Shown: in pieces, positions 1 to 8,767 of the stretch
Numbering within the stretch: the stretch's first letter is position 1
Layout: each line of letters opens with the position of its first letter
Origin: an uncultured Bacilli bacterium
GTDB taxonomy: Bacteria > Bacillota_I > Bacilli_A > RF39 > UBA660
NCBI GenBank assembly: GCA_947632325.1
Contig: CANROU010000003.1
Coordinates: forward strand, 8,732-72,731
Reading direction: 5' to 3'
DNA: 64,000 bases
The notes under the pieces: generated by a model
Seen by the model: the letters and a program-made list of their open reading frames with translations, nothing else
Told to the model about the DNA's origin: nothing
Databases searched by the model: none
Position numbers and translations under genes: made by a program

Positions 1-247
1 GTTTTCTTTGTTTATAGGCAGCAAAATAAATACCTAAACTCCCATAAGCATAAATATTAATCCATGGTAAAAAATGACCACCACGCCAATAAAAATATTG
101 TCTGCCCCCATTTAAATAATAAAAAATATACTCGTATAAAAAACCATAAATTCCTGTAATCACAATCAACAAACATAAAATACCTAACAACGTCTTCCAA
201 TCAAAAGAATGATCTTTCATAAGATAATTTTTGTATTTTTCTGTCAC
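1..247 (-). CDS. Putative ABC transporter permease-like membrane protein (CmpB/DUF1113-like), runs off window start
   Basis: Manual translation from GTG at 247: VTEKYKNYLMKDHSFDWKTLLGILCLLIVITGIYGFLYEY...WRGGHFLPWINIYAYGSLG; G-F-x-Y-E and RG...P..IY.G motifs; frame open to the window edge. Confidence 0.6.
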   Translation of the reverse strand, partial: MTEKYKNYLMKDHSFDWKTLLGILCLLIVITGIYGFLYEYIFYYLNGGRQYFYWRGGHFLPWINIYAYGSLGIYFAAYKQRK

Positions 248-284
248 ATAACCACTTCCATTCCACTATTTCATTATAAAATTA

Positions 285-1682
285 TCATTTACAAGATTTT
301 AAAATATCTCTAGCAGCAATTAAACCTGTAGCGGCCGCTGTAACAATATTACCAGCTTTACCAGCGCCATCACCAATGAAATACAAATTTTTATTTTCTA
401 ATTTCATATTAGAATTAGTATCTATTTCGTTACTAAAAAATTTTATCTCTGGTCCATATAACAAAGTTTCGCCATTATTTACCCCCGGTATAATTTTATC
501 TAATATTTCAATTCCTTCCAATATATTTTTTATTATACGATGAGGTAGTACTAAAGCTAAATCACCAGCAACTACATCCTTCAATGTTGGTTCAATAAAT
601 CCTTTTTCAATACGATGGATATTACTTCTTCTACCTAATCGTAGATCTCGTAATGTTTGAACAATTGGTTTACCAGCTCCTAGAGTATTAGCAATCTTGG
701 CGATGCATTCACCATACTCTCTAGTATTAGTCACAGGTTCGGTTAAATTAACTTTGGAAATAAAAGCAAAATTGGAATTTTGTGATTTAATATCTTTTAG
801 AGCATGACCATTTACACAAATATAACCATTGTAGTTTTCCTTAGTAACAAAGCCACCGGGATTAGTACAAAATGTCCTAATTTCATCATTATATGTATTA
901 GTTTTAATAAATATAGTAGGGTCATAAATAATATCCGTTATAGGATCTAATATCTCTTTTCTTACTTCTACCCGTACACCAATTTCTATACTTTGCGAAG
1001 TATAATTAATATTATATTTATCAGCTATTTCCTGTAACCATTTGGCACCTGTTCTACCAGGGGCAACGATGACATATTTTGTTTTTACATTATAGTTTTT
1101 ATTATCTTTTTTATATTGTATTTCATATTGATTTTTATCATGTTCAATAATATCAAAAACATCAGCTGTCTCTAAAAGTGTAACGTTTTGTTTTTCTAAA
1201 TAATCCGTAATATTTTGAATATAACCTGCGAGTTTATCACTACCCAAGTGTTTTTGTTTAATTATTAATAAGGAAGCACCTGCCCTAGTAATTTGTTCTT
1301 CTAATTCTTTAGCTTTAGTATTATTAGTAGGATATACTTTAGCATCCATATTAAATTTATTAAAAATCTTTTCCGTATCATCAATTAATCGATAAGCTTC
1401 ACTTCTATCCATATATTTAAATAAATCAGATTTACCAAGTTTAGGTATAAAATTTAATTTACCATCTGAAAAAGTTCCTGCACCACCATAACCAGATAAT
1501 ATACCACAGGGATTACAATTAACACAGTATCCTGTTTTTTTATTATTCATAGGACAAAGTCTATTTTTAGCGTATCTACCTTTATCTAATAAAAGAATTT
1601 TTAAATTTTTATTATTTTCACTTAATTCATAAGCAGCAAACAATCCTGCCGGTCCCGCTCCTATAATAACAACATCATACAT
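285..1682 (-). CDS. FAD-dependent oxidoreductase (COG2509-like)
   Basis: N-terminal GAGPAG Rossmann motif, Cys cluster CPM..CVNCNPC, GGAGTFSDGK, TFCTNPGG, C-terminal GDGAG. Confidence 0.85.
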   Translation of the reverse strand: MYDVVIIGAGPAGLFAAYELSENNKNLKILLLDKGRYAKNRLCPMNNKKTGYCVNCNPCGILSGYGGAGTFSDGKLNFIPKLGKSDLFKYMDRSEAYRLIDDTEKIFNKFNMDAKVYPTNNTKAKELEEQITRAGASLLIIKQKHLGSDKLAGYIQNITDYLEKQNVTLLETADVFDIIEHDKNQYEIQYKKDNKNYNVKTKYVIVAPGRTGAKWLQEIADKYNINYTSQSIEIGVRVEVRKEILDPITDIIYDPTIFIKTNTYNDEIRTFCTNPGGFVTKENYNGYICVNGHALKDIKSQNSNFAFISKVNLTEPVTNTREYGECIAKIANTLGAGKPIVQTLRDLRLGRRSNIHRIEKGFIEPTLKDVVAGDLALVLPHRIIKNILEGIEILDKIIPGVNNGETLLYGPEIKFFSNEIDTNSNMKLENKNLYFIGDGAGKAGNIVTAAATGLIAARDILKSCK

Positions 1683-1728
1683 TTTATCTACTCCATTTCA
1701 GCTTTATTATATTTCCCCTTATAATCGT

Positions 1729-2301
1729 TTATTCTTGATATTTGGATTCATATAAATCTGTCTCTGTATCTATTTCAAGATCATCATCTTGATTTACAAA
1801 ATGTTCAAATTTAGGCAAATCTTCGATGGTGGCTAAGCCAAAGCAATCTAAAAATTCACTAGTTGTTTTATATAAAATAGGTCTCCCTGGTAAATCACTA
1901 CGCCCCAATTCTTTTACCAATCCTTTAGCTACTAATTTCCTAATCATTTGAGAACTAGAAACACCTCTTATCTCATCTACTTGTATCCTTGTCACTGGTT
2001 GATTATAAGCTATAATAGCCAAGGTTTCCAATGCCGATTGACTTAAGATATTTGTTTCTGGATTTTCAATTAATTTTTGAAAATATTCTTTATGTTCTTT
2101 TTTAGTAGTAAGTTTAAAAGCATTCCCTAAAAAATCAATTCTAATACCCCTATCATCAGTCTCATAACTTTTTTTCAAGTCCAATAAAAGCTCTTTAGCT
2201 TCATCTTCGGTTAATGACAAAATATCTTCAATTTGGCTAAGAGTCAAACCCTCCTCACCAACCACAAATAATAAACCTTCTAGTATTGCCTGCTTATTCA
2301 T
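1729..2301 (-). CDS. scpB: SMC-Scp complex subunit ScpB
   Basis: LEGLLFV, LSQSALETLAIIAYNQPVTR, PGRPILYKTT..FL..FGL motifs; directly follows scpA. Confidence 0.96.
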   Translation of the reverse strand: MNKQAILEGLLFVVGEEGLTLSQIEDILSLTEDEAKELLLDLKKSYETDDRGIRIDFLGNAFKLTTKKEHKEYFQKLIENPETNILSQSALETLAIIAYNQPVTRIQVDEIRGVSSSQMIRKLVAKGLVKELGRSDLPGRPILYKTTSEFLDCFGLATIEDLPKFEHFVNQDDDLEIDTETDLYESKYQE

Positions 2302-3010
2302 GATTCACCTCACACATGATCTCATCAAAATTATTCTCTTGTGTTATTCTTATTTCACCCTCTTTAGCCATCTCCAAAATAGCTAAAAAAGTTACCACAA
2401 TATATTCCTTAGTCAACACGTCAAATAACTTAAAAAAAGAAATTTTATGATGACGTCGTAAAATTTGACTAATATCACTACGTCTTTTTTTAATAGAAAG
2501 TTCCTTAGTAGTCACTTTAGTATGAAGAGGCCGATTTTCTTTTTGTCTTAATAAAAATTTTTCAAAGGCCTCCATCAAATCATCTAAAGAAACATCTGTA
2601 TTAATAGAAATAGATTTCTCGACATAGTTACTTAAATTCTCACTTGGTTTAGTATATATATTACGTCTTTCTCTTTCTTTCTCCTTAAGAGCTTCGGTAA
2701 TTTCTTTATACTGTTGATATTCCAAAAGACGATTAACTAAGTTCTCTCGTGGATCTTCTTCATTTTCTTCTTCCTCTTCATGTCTTGGAAGTAATAATTT
2801 ACTTTTCATCTCGATTAATTCGCTAGCCATAACTAAATAACTACTAGCAATCGTCAAATTCATTTTTTCCATTTTTTCAATATAACTTAAATATTGATTG
2901 GTTATTTCTTCTATTTTAATATCAAAAATATTCATTTTATTTTCTTTAATCAAATGTAATAACAAATCCAGTGGTCCTGAAAAAGTATCTATGGTAAAAT
3001 CAACGTTCAT
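2294..3010 (-). CDS. scpA: Segregation/condensation protein ScpA (kleisin)
   Basis: FSGPLDLLLHLI, YLVMASELIEMKSKLLLP, VVTFLAILEM. Confidence 0.96.
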   Translation of the reverse strand: MNVDFTIDTFSGPLDLLLHLIKENKMNIFDIKIEEITNQYLSYIEKMEKMNLTIASSYLVMASELIEMKSKLLLPRHEEEEENEEDPRENLVNRLLEYQQYKEITEALKEKERERRNIYTKPSENLSNYVEKSISINTDVSLDDLMEAFEKFLLRQKENRPLHTKVTTKELSIKKRRSDISQILRRHHKISFFKLFDVLTKEYIVVTFLAILEMAKEGEIRITQENNFDEIMCEVNHE

Positions 3011-3086
3011 TATATCACATCCACAATTCTACATTTATTATATCATAAACTCATCTACCTATGATATAATTTTTTTGGTGATATAA

Positions 3087-3389
3087 ATGAAGAATTTTAC
3101 GATGAAAGATGAACCATTTATCTGTGACAATTGTGGTAAGAAAGTATCTATCCTTGGTTATACAGCTAGAGACCATTGCCCTTTTTGTTTATATTCTAAG
3201 CATGTCGATGTCTTCCCAGGGGATCGAAAAAACGCCTGTGGTGGTCTACTTAAACCTATTGATATTGAAAAATTCAAAGATACTTATAAAATAATTTATC
3301 AATGTACACGATGTAAAGAATTCCATAAAAATATTATGGCCAAAGACGATAATATTGATTTATTAATCGCTTTATCAAAAAAAGACTAA
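3087..3389 (+). CDS. RNHCP-domain zinc-binding protein
   Basis: F-x-C-x2-C-G, RDHCPFCLYSKHVD..PGDR..CGG, C-terminal CxxC. Confidence 0.85.
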   Translation: MKNFTMKDEPFICDNCGKKVSILGYTARDHCPFCLYSKHVDVFPGDRKNACGGLLKPIDIEKFKDTYKIIYQCTRCKEFHKNIMAKDDNIDLLIALSKKD

Positions 3390-3401
3390 AAGCATAAACT
3401 T

Positions 3402-3752
3402 TTAATCTTTTGGTTTAAAAAACAAAGCAAATATAAAAGTAAAGACAATAGCTGAGGTAATACCTGACGCTGTTAAATCAAACATGCCCATTACTAGACC
3501 AATAAAGCCAAAATCACTGGCTTTTTCTAATGCCCCATGAATTAACAAATGACCAAAACTAGTAATAGGTACTAGTGCTCCTCCCCCAACATGAGCTACT
3601 ATCATATCATAAATACTAAATGTATCTAGAAAAGCTCCTACTATTACAAAAATGCTGGTAATATGTCCAGGTGTTAATTTAGTATTATCTAAAATCAGTT
3701 GCCCAATTAAACAAACAAACCCGGCAAAGAGAAAAGAATATAGATAAATCAT
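3402..3752 (-). CDS. spoVAE: Stage V sporulation protein SpoVAE (VAEb type)
   Basis: GQLILD.TKLTPGHI, GGGALVPITSFG, C-terminal FKPKD; ATGA overlap with spoVAD. Confidence 0.92.
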   Translation of the reverse strand: MIYLYSFLFAGFVCLIGQLILDNTKLTPGHITSIFVIVGAFLDTFSIYDMIVAHVGGGALVPITSFGHLLIHGALEKASDFGFIGLVMGMFDLTASGITSAIVFTFIFALFFKPKD

Positions 3753-4747
3753 TTTATCGCCTCCAAACTTATCGCGTGGGCAATACTTAAAATATTTTCT
3801 TTTTGATAAACAAAGGTTGGACTAAACAAAGCTCCTGTGACTACTAACAAAACTCTTTTTAATTTGCCTTGCTCTAGTAATTTTAAAATATGACTATAAT
3901 TAACCAAGGCACTACATACAGGACCACTTCCACCTGCCATGACTTCTTTTTGATCTTTTAAATTATAAAGTATAGTTCCACAGTCATCATAATTATTAGA
4001 AATATCTATACCATATTCGTTTTTCATATAATCAATTAAGATTTGTTTACCATAAACCCCTAAATCACCTGTTAAAATTAAATCATAATCACTAGGTTTT
4101 CTGTTCATATCTATTAAATGCCTATAAATAGTATCAGCAGCCCCTGGTGCCATAACAGCTCCCATATGATATGGATCAGTTTGTCCCATATCGATAACTC
4201 GACCTATAGTAGAACTTTCTACTTTGATATTACTTTTGGTGTTAGATAGATACAAACTGGCTCCACCTGTAGCTGTAAAAGTAGCCGTTTTTGGTTTAGG
4301 AGCACCATACTCAGTAGGATTTCTAAATTGTTTTTCACTTGACATATTATGTGAACTAGTAGCTGTTAAACAATTGTTTATCTTACCACTATCTATGAGA
4401 GTTGCTCCTATAATTACGCCTTCATTACTAGTAGCACAAGCACTATAGATACCTAAAAATGGTACTTTAAATTTTTCAACAGCATAACTAGAAGAAGTAA
4501 TTTGATTTAACAAATCACCTGCGACAATTAAATCTAATTCTTCCTTAGTTTTATTAACTTTCTTTAAAACAATATCCATACTTTCTTTAAGCAATCCAAC
4601 TTCTGCTGTCTCCCATGTTTTTTCACCATTATACAAATCACTATATGTTTTATCAAACAAATTACCTAAAGGACCCTTTGCTTCATATGGTCCAGCTACA
4701 GTACTCGCTCCATTAATATATACATTATTATATTTAAATGTCATCAT
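3749..4747 (-). CDS. spoVAD: Stage V sporulation protein SpoVAD (DPA-binding)
   Basis: GPYEAKGPL, GDLLNQ, SEKQFRNPTEYG, MGAVMAP, GGSGPVCS. Confidence 0.95.
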   Translation of the reverse strand: MMTFKYNNVYINGASTVAGPYEAKGPLGNLFDKTYSDLYNGEKTWETAEVGLLKESMDIVLKKVNKTKEELDLIVAGDLLNQITSSSYAVEKFKVPFLGIYSACATSNEGVIIGATLIDSGKINNCLTATSSHNMSSEKQFRNPTEYGAPKPKTATFTATGGASLYLSNTKSNIKVESSTIGRVIDMGQTDPYHMGAVMAPGAADTIYRHLIDMNRKPSDYDLILTGDLGVYGKQILIDYMKNEYGIDISNNYDDCGTILYNLKDQKEVMAGGSGPVCSALVNYSHILKLLEQGKLKRVLLVVTGALFSPTFVYQKENILSIAHAISLEAIK

Positions 4748-5187
4748 TATCCTCCCATTATTAATAATCTAAGCAATCCAAAAAACCATGCTGAAACAAC
4801 TCCATATAAAATAACGGAACCCGCTAATTTAAAAATATTGCTACCCAAGCCAAAAATAGGTCCTTCTTTTCGATATTCAATACCAGCACTAGTCATAGAA
4901 TGAGCAAAACCCGTGATAGGTATTAATAGTCCGCAACGAGCAAAGCTTACCCATTTATCAAAAAAACCTAACGCTGTAAATAAGGAAGCAAAAAAGATTA
5001 AAGTTACAATCATGAATACAGAAGCATCTTTAGTAGAAATATCTAAATTATAAGAATAAAACTCAATTAATAGTTGCCCTATTACGCCAACTAATCCACC
5101 TGTAACAAAAGCAATGAAAGCATTCTGGGCTCTTGTTTCAGTTGGTTTATGTGTGTTAACAATATTATCATACATTTTCTTTTCCAT
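4747..5187 (-). CDS. spoVAC: Stage V sporulation protein SpoVAC
   Basis: AFVTGG..GQ, IPITGFAHS, GLGSNIFKLAGSVI; start refined to ATG 5187 behind AGGTGA RBS. Confidence 0.93.
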   Translation of the reverse strand: MEKKMYDNIVNTHKPTETRAQNAFIAFVTGGLVGVIGQLLIEFYSYNLDISTKDASVFMIVTLIFFASLFTALGFFDKWVSFARCGLLIPITGFAHSMTSAGIEYRKEGPIFGLGSNIFKLAGSVILYGVVSAWFFGLLRLLIMGG

Positions 5188-5202
5188 ATCATCACCTATG
5201 GT

Positions 5203-5232
5203 TATTATGCAAAAGATAGCCATATTTTATAC
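5203..5232 (-). promoter_or_regulatory. sigma-G-type promoter for spoVA operon
   Basis: Minus strand GTATA-N18-CATAATA just upstream of the spoVAC RBS; spoVA is sigG-controlled in Bacillus. Confidence 0.7.
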
Positions 5233-5255
5233 AAAAAAAAGATAAGTCTATTATA

Positions 5256-5924
5256 TTAAACACATAACTTATCTTTTAATTTCGTTAAAATTTTATTTTC
5301 TTTTCGTGATACTTGTACTTGACTAATACCTAATACTTGTGAAGTTTCTTGTTGTGTCTTATCTTCAAAATACCTAGTCATAATCAATTGTTGTTCCTCG
5401 GGTTCTAAATGTCGTAGTTGTTCCTTTAAATCTAAAATATTAGCATGATAGCCCTTTTCTTCCTGTTGAACAGCATCATATAAATTAATTTCCTTACCAT
5501 CATCCGCTAGAGAAAAATCTAAACTTCGTACAAATTCAGTAGCATTCTTTGCCTCTATTATTTTGCTTTCTTCTATCCCTAAAAACAATGATAATTCCGT
5601 ATAACTTGGTTCTCTCATTAATTTTTGCGTCAAACTTTCTTTGGCTTTTTCAATGGCAGCGTTTAATTTTAACATATCTTTACTGACCTTAATACTTTTA
5701 TCTTCTCTAATATATTTACAAACCTCTCCTAAAATATGCGAAAAAGCATAAGTAGAAAATTTAACACCATATTTATCATCAAAATGCCGATAAGCATATA
5801 ACAAGCCCATCATTCCCACTTGATATAAATCATCTTGATCATAAAAATGTTCATATTTTTTAATGATAGAATAAACAAGTCGTTCATTTTCCATTAATAC
5901 TTCAGCTTCCCTATCCGTAATCAT
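5256..5924 (-). CDS. sigF: Forespore sporulation sigma factor sigma-F (N-terminally shortened)
   Basis: DDLYQVG..GL, KFSTYA...I.GE, region 4 GISQVQVSR (sigF-type; sigG has QAQVSR); between spoIIAA and spoVAC. Confidence 0.85.
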   Translation of the reverse strand: MITDREAEVLMENERLVYSIIKKYEHFYDQDDLYQVGMMGLLYAYRHFDDKYGVKFSTYAFSHILGEVCKYIREDKSIKVSKDMLKLNAAIEKAKESLTQKLMREPSYTELSLFLGIEESKIIEAKNATEFVRSLDFSLADDGKEINLYDAVQQEEKGYHANILDLKEQLRHLEPEEQQLIMTRYFEDKTQQETSQVLGISQVQVSRKENKILTKLKDKLCV

Positions 5925-5933
5925 GGCATCCTC

Positions 5934-6263
5934 CTATATATTAATCATTTTAAAAACACCTAATTCATTACTACTTTGATAAAGATCATTAAATATAGTT
6001 CTTAATCCCTTATTATGCATACCACATAATACTAATTGACCATCAAAAGACAGTATTTGTTGATAGTTCTTTCTAATAGTATCAATTCCTTCTTCTGTTA
6101 TTTGGACTAATCCTGCTAAATTAAAGGTAAAATATCTAATGCCCTTCTCTTTTATCATTTTATCTATCTTACTAGTTAAGGTTTTGGACGTTTCTTTATT
6201 TAATACTCCTATCAAACGTATAAATAAAATTCCCCTCCTAAATTCCATATTTATCTCTAACAT
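5934..6263 (-). CDS. spoIIAA: SpoIIAA-like STAS anti-anti-sigma factor (divergent; phospho-Ser replaced by Glu)
   Basis: LFIRLIG.L...T, IR...FNL..L..I, G.LVLCG align to SpoIIAA; directly upstream of sigF. Confidence 0.8.
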   Translation of the reverse strand: MLEINMEFRRGILFIRLIGVLNKETSKTLTSKIDKMIKEKGIRYFTFNLAGLVQITEEGIDTIRKNYQQILSFDGQLVLCGMHNKGLRTIFNDLYQSSNELGVFKMINI

Positions 6264-6315
6264 ATTATCACCTCGCTCATTTAATATAGAATATATTTTT
6301 TATTAAATATACCTA

Positions 6316-6348
6316 TTCGACAAAACTTATGATTTTTTTCTGTCGACA
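6316..6348 (-). promoter_or_regulatory. Spo0A boxes upstream of spoIIAA
   Basis: Consensus TGTCGAA on minus strand at 6316-6322 and TGTCGACA at 6341-6348; spoIIA is Spo0A-activated in Bacillus. Confidence 0.65.
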
Positions 6349-7727
6349 ATTTTTTTTAAACTATAAACCATCAAGATTATCCCCAACAGTAATATAAGAA
6401 ACCAAACAATTTGTTTACTATTTAATTTCGATTGACTAGTAGAAACACTAATATCATTTTTATTAGCAATAGGCACTACTTTAGGTTTTTGTGTAGATTC
6501 TTTATTATTAGTATCTTCCTTCACACCATTAACTTCTTCTAACGCATAATCATAAATGATAGGAATTCTAACATGTAAACCTGAATATAAAATCTCAATC
6601 ATATATTGCCCTGGAACATTCCAATTGATATTATTACGAATCATCAAATTACTAATAGGAACTGTTGAATAAGTAATAATATCATCTACATCTAGATAAT
6701 TTTTAGTAATATGAATATCATCATTAACTATAATTTTTTCTCTTGACCTTTGATAATAAACAGAAATTTTATTCTCATCATCCCTTACCCAATTATCTAA
6801 ATATGAAAAAAAATAGTTATCAGTATAATCTCTTACCATTTGATAATACAAATATTTAGTATCCTGATAGCGATAATAAGTAACTGGTTCTAAAGGATAA
6901 ACATCAATACTTTTTGATACTTCTTCATCACTTTCATAAATAGTATCTTCCCAATGAGGATTAACCATATAATCTAACAATTTAATACGATCAATAAAAA
7001 CATCTCCTGGGCTAGAATGAATCCAATAAGCTCTTTTAGCCATAACATAATAATCATTATTAACGTAATCATTAACAGTAACAGTAAAATTAGAATCACC
7101 ACTATCCAAAGGATCAGCAATATAAACATTAATAGCTAAATCTTTTAAATCATACTTTTGTAATAAATCAAGGCGTAATTTATCACTAGGATATAAGTAA
7201 CTTAATTTAGTATCATCTTGCTTTGTATCATTATCATTAAACCACTCTAATTTTATATTAGAACAACCTTCACAACTAATATTAAAAGGTATTTTTTCGT
7301 TTTTATATAATACTTCAATTTCTGTAATCCACAACTTACCACCAGATCCAAGTGCATCAAAAATAGTAAGTGAATTAATCTGTTGTAATATTTGATAAGG
7401 ATAAACCGTCTTTTCTTCAATTACTCTATCTTCTTGCTCCTCTGGTTTTTCAATAGACCATAGTGAAAAATCCATAACTTTTTTCTCTAAACTTTTATAT
7501 GGATAATCAAGAGGATTTTCTAATAGTCCATAATAATCCTCCGTAAAATTTTGTCTTTCTTGATAAAACTTATATTTATACTCAACCTTACCTTCTTGTA
7601 GTTCCGTATTATCAACCATATTAGATGTTTCCTGCCAATCACCATAGGCACTATAAAACGTTTGGGCTCTAACTGTGTAAGATGTTAAACAAAGTAATAA
7701 TAAAAAGACGAGTATTTTTTTCATCAT
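6327..7727 (-). CDS. Hypothetical exported, C-terminally membrane-anchored Tyr-rich protein
   Basis: Signal peptide MKKILVFLLLLCL..VRA, C-terminal hydrophobic helix plus basic tail, RBS GAGGTG. Confidence 0.75.
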   Translation of the reverse strand: MMKKILVFLLLLCLTSYTVRAQTFYSAYGDWQETSNMVDNTELQEGKVEYKYKFYQERQNFTEDYYGLLENPLDYPYKSLEKKVMDFSLWSIEKPEEQEDRVIEEKTVYPYQILQQINSLTIFDALGSGGKLWITEIEVLYKNEKIPFNISCEGCSNIKLEWFNDNDTKQDDTKLSYLYPSDKLRLDLLQKYDLKDLAINVYIADPLDSGDSNFTVTVNDYVNNDYYVMAKRAYWIHSSPGDVFIDRIKLLDYMVNPHWEDTIYESDEEVSKSIDVYPLEPVTYYRYQDTKYLYYQMVRDYTDNYFFSYLDNWVRDDENKISVYYQRSREKIIVNDDIHITKNYLDVDDIITYSTVPISNLMIRNNINWNVPGQYMIEILYSGLHVRIPIIYDYALEEVNGVKEDTNNKESTQKPKVVPIANKNDISVSTSQSKLNSKQIVWFLILLLGIILMVYSLKKIVDRKKS

Positions 7728-7811
7728 CAATCACCTCAATACTATTCTTTGCACCTTAAAAGAAAAAACCTCTAAAAAATATCATTTTATATTTTTTTTA
7801 TGATAATAGAT

Positions 7812-7834
7812 AAAAAGTCCCATAAAGGACTTTT
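7812..7834 (-). terminator. Intrinsic terminator
   Basis: AAAAGTCC-loop-GGACTTTT hairpin downstream of the 7859 gene. Confidence 0.55.
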
Positions 7835-7858
7835 AGTTTTTATATAAATAATAGCAAA

Positions 7859-8548
7859 TTATTTAGCGTGTTTTAAGCAAACAAAATATAACATAGATCC
7901 CATTACGATAATTATTATTCCCGCAAATGAATTATTAGATTTTACAATACCTGTATCTGGAACTTGAGCACTCGGCGTATTTTCTAAAGCTATTTCTCTA
8001 TTCCATAATAAACTACCACCGGCACGATCAGCTGTTAATGTTACTTTATAAGGATCAATGATTACTGTTACTGTTTGTTCATATGTGCCATCATTAGCCC
8101 AGTCAAAGTAAAATTTATATTCAATATTCGCTTGCTGTTTCACAGCAGTCAACAACTTATCCTTATTGATACCAACATAATAATCTCCATCTGAATAATC
8201 CTCTGGTGTTCCATTACCAACTTTTACTTTAGCTTTACCACCTTGTGCATTAACACCCGATGGTGCACTAATATGAAATCCCAACCATGCATAACCACTT
8301 GGCCTATTATCCTGTTCATTTAAGGTATTAACTTTTACTTCACCAAAACGCATTACCACATTTTGCGTCTCATTACCTGTGATATCTACTGAATAACCGT
8401 CTTCTTTATTCCATACAGAATCAGCATTTGATATATCCGTAATTTTACCATAAAGACTACTCTGGGCGTGTACTAAAATAATATTAGAACTAATAAATAA
8501 TATCGTTATGGTTAACATAGTAATATATGACATCCAATGTTTCTTCAC
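7859..8548 (-). CDS. Secreted cell-surface protein with LPXTG-like (VPDTG) sorting signal
   Basis: GTG start 8548 behind GGAGG; signal peptide ending VHA; VPDTG + hydrophobic helix + KHAK tail. Confidence 0.7.
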   Translation of the reverse strand: MKKHWMSYITMLTITILFISSNIILVHAQSSLYGKITDISNADSVWNKEDGYSVDITGNETQNVVMRFGEVKVNTLNEQDNRPSGYAWLGFHISAPSGVNAQGGKAKVKVGNGTPEDYSDGDYYVGINKDKLLTAVKQQANIEYKFYFDWANDGTYEQTVTVIIDPYKVTLTADRAGGSLLWNREIALENTPSAQVPDTGIVKSNNSFAGIIIIVMGSMLYFVCLKHAK

Positions 8549-8767
8549 TTTTTTACCTCCTTCCACTACTTTTAAGTATATAACCAATTAATATACAGCC
8601 ACAGCATTACTAAAATTTTATATACTCATTTATAGTATGGTTTCACTTTTAATTCCAATACAAAAATTTTTAAAAAAATTTTTTTAAATTTTAATTAAAA
8701 ATATTAAAAAACTAGTAATTCTTTTATAGTTTGTCTCAGTTATAGCTATAACATACAAAAATTACCA

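Noticed and set aside
3749-3752. Possible Mollicutes-type TGA=Trp recoding
   Set aside because: TGA acts as stop in several ATGA gene overlaps (spoVAD/spoVAE, GT2/DUF2304), and conserved proteins translate full length with the standard code
7745-7773. sigma-H-like promoter (AGGT...GAAT) upstream of the Tyr-rich gene
   Set aside because: Spacing is about 2 nt longer than consensus; not supportable by eye
8590-8765. Very AT-rich intergenic stretch with A/T palindromes as an origin or sRNA
   Set aside because: No DnaA-box cluster or stable GC-containing structure seen; consistent with low-GC promoter DNA
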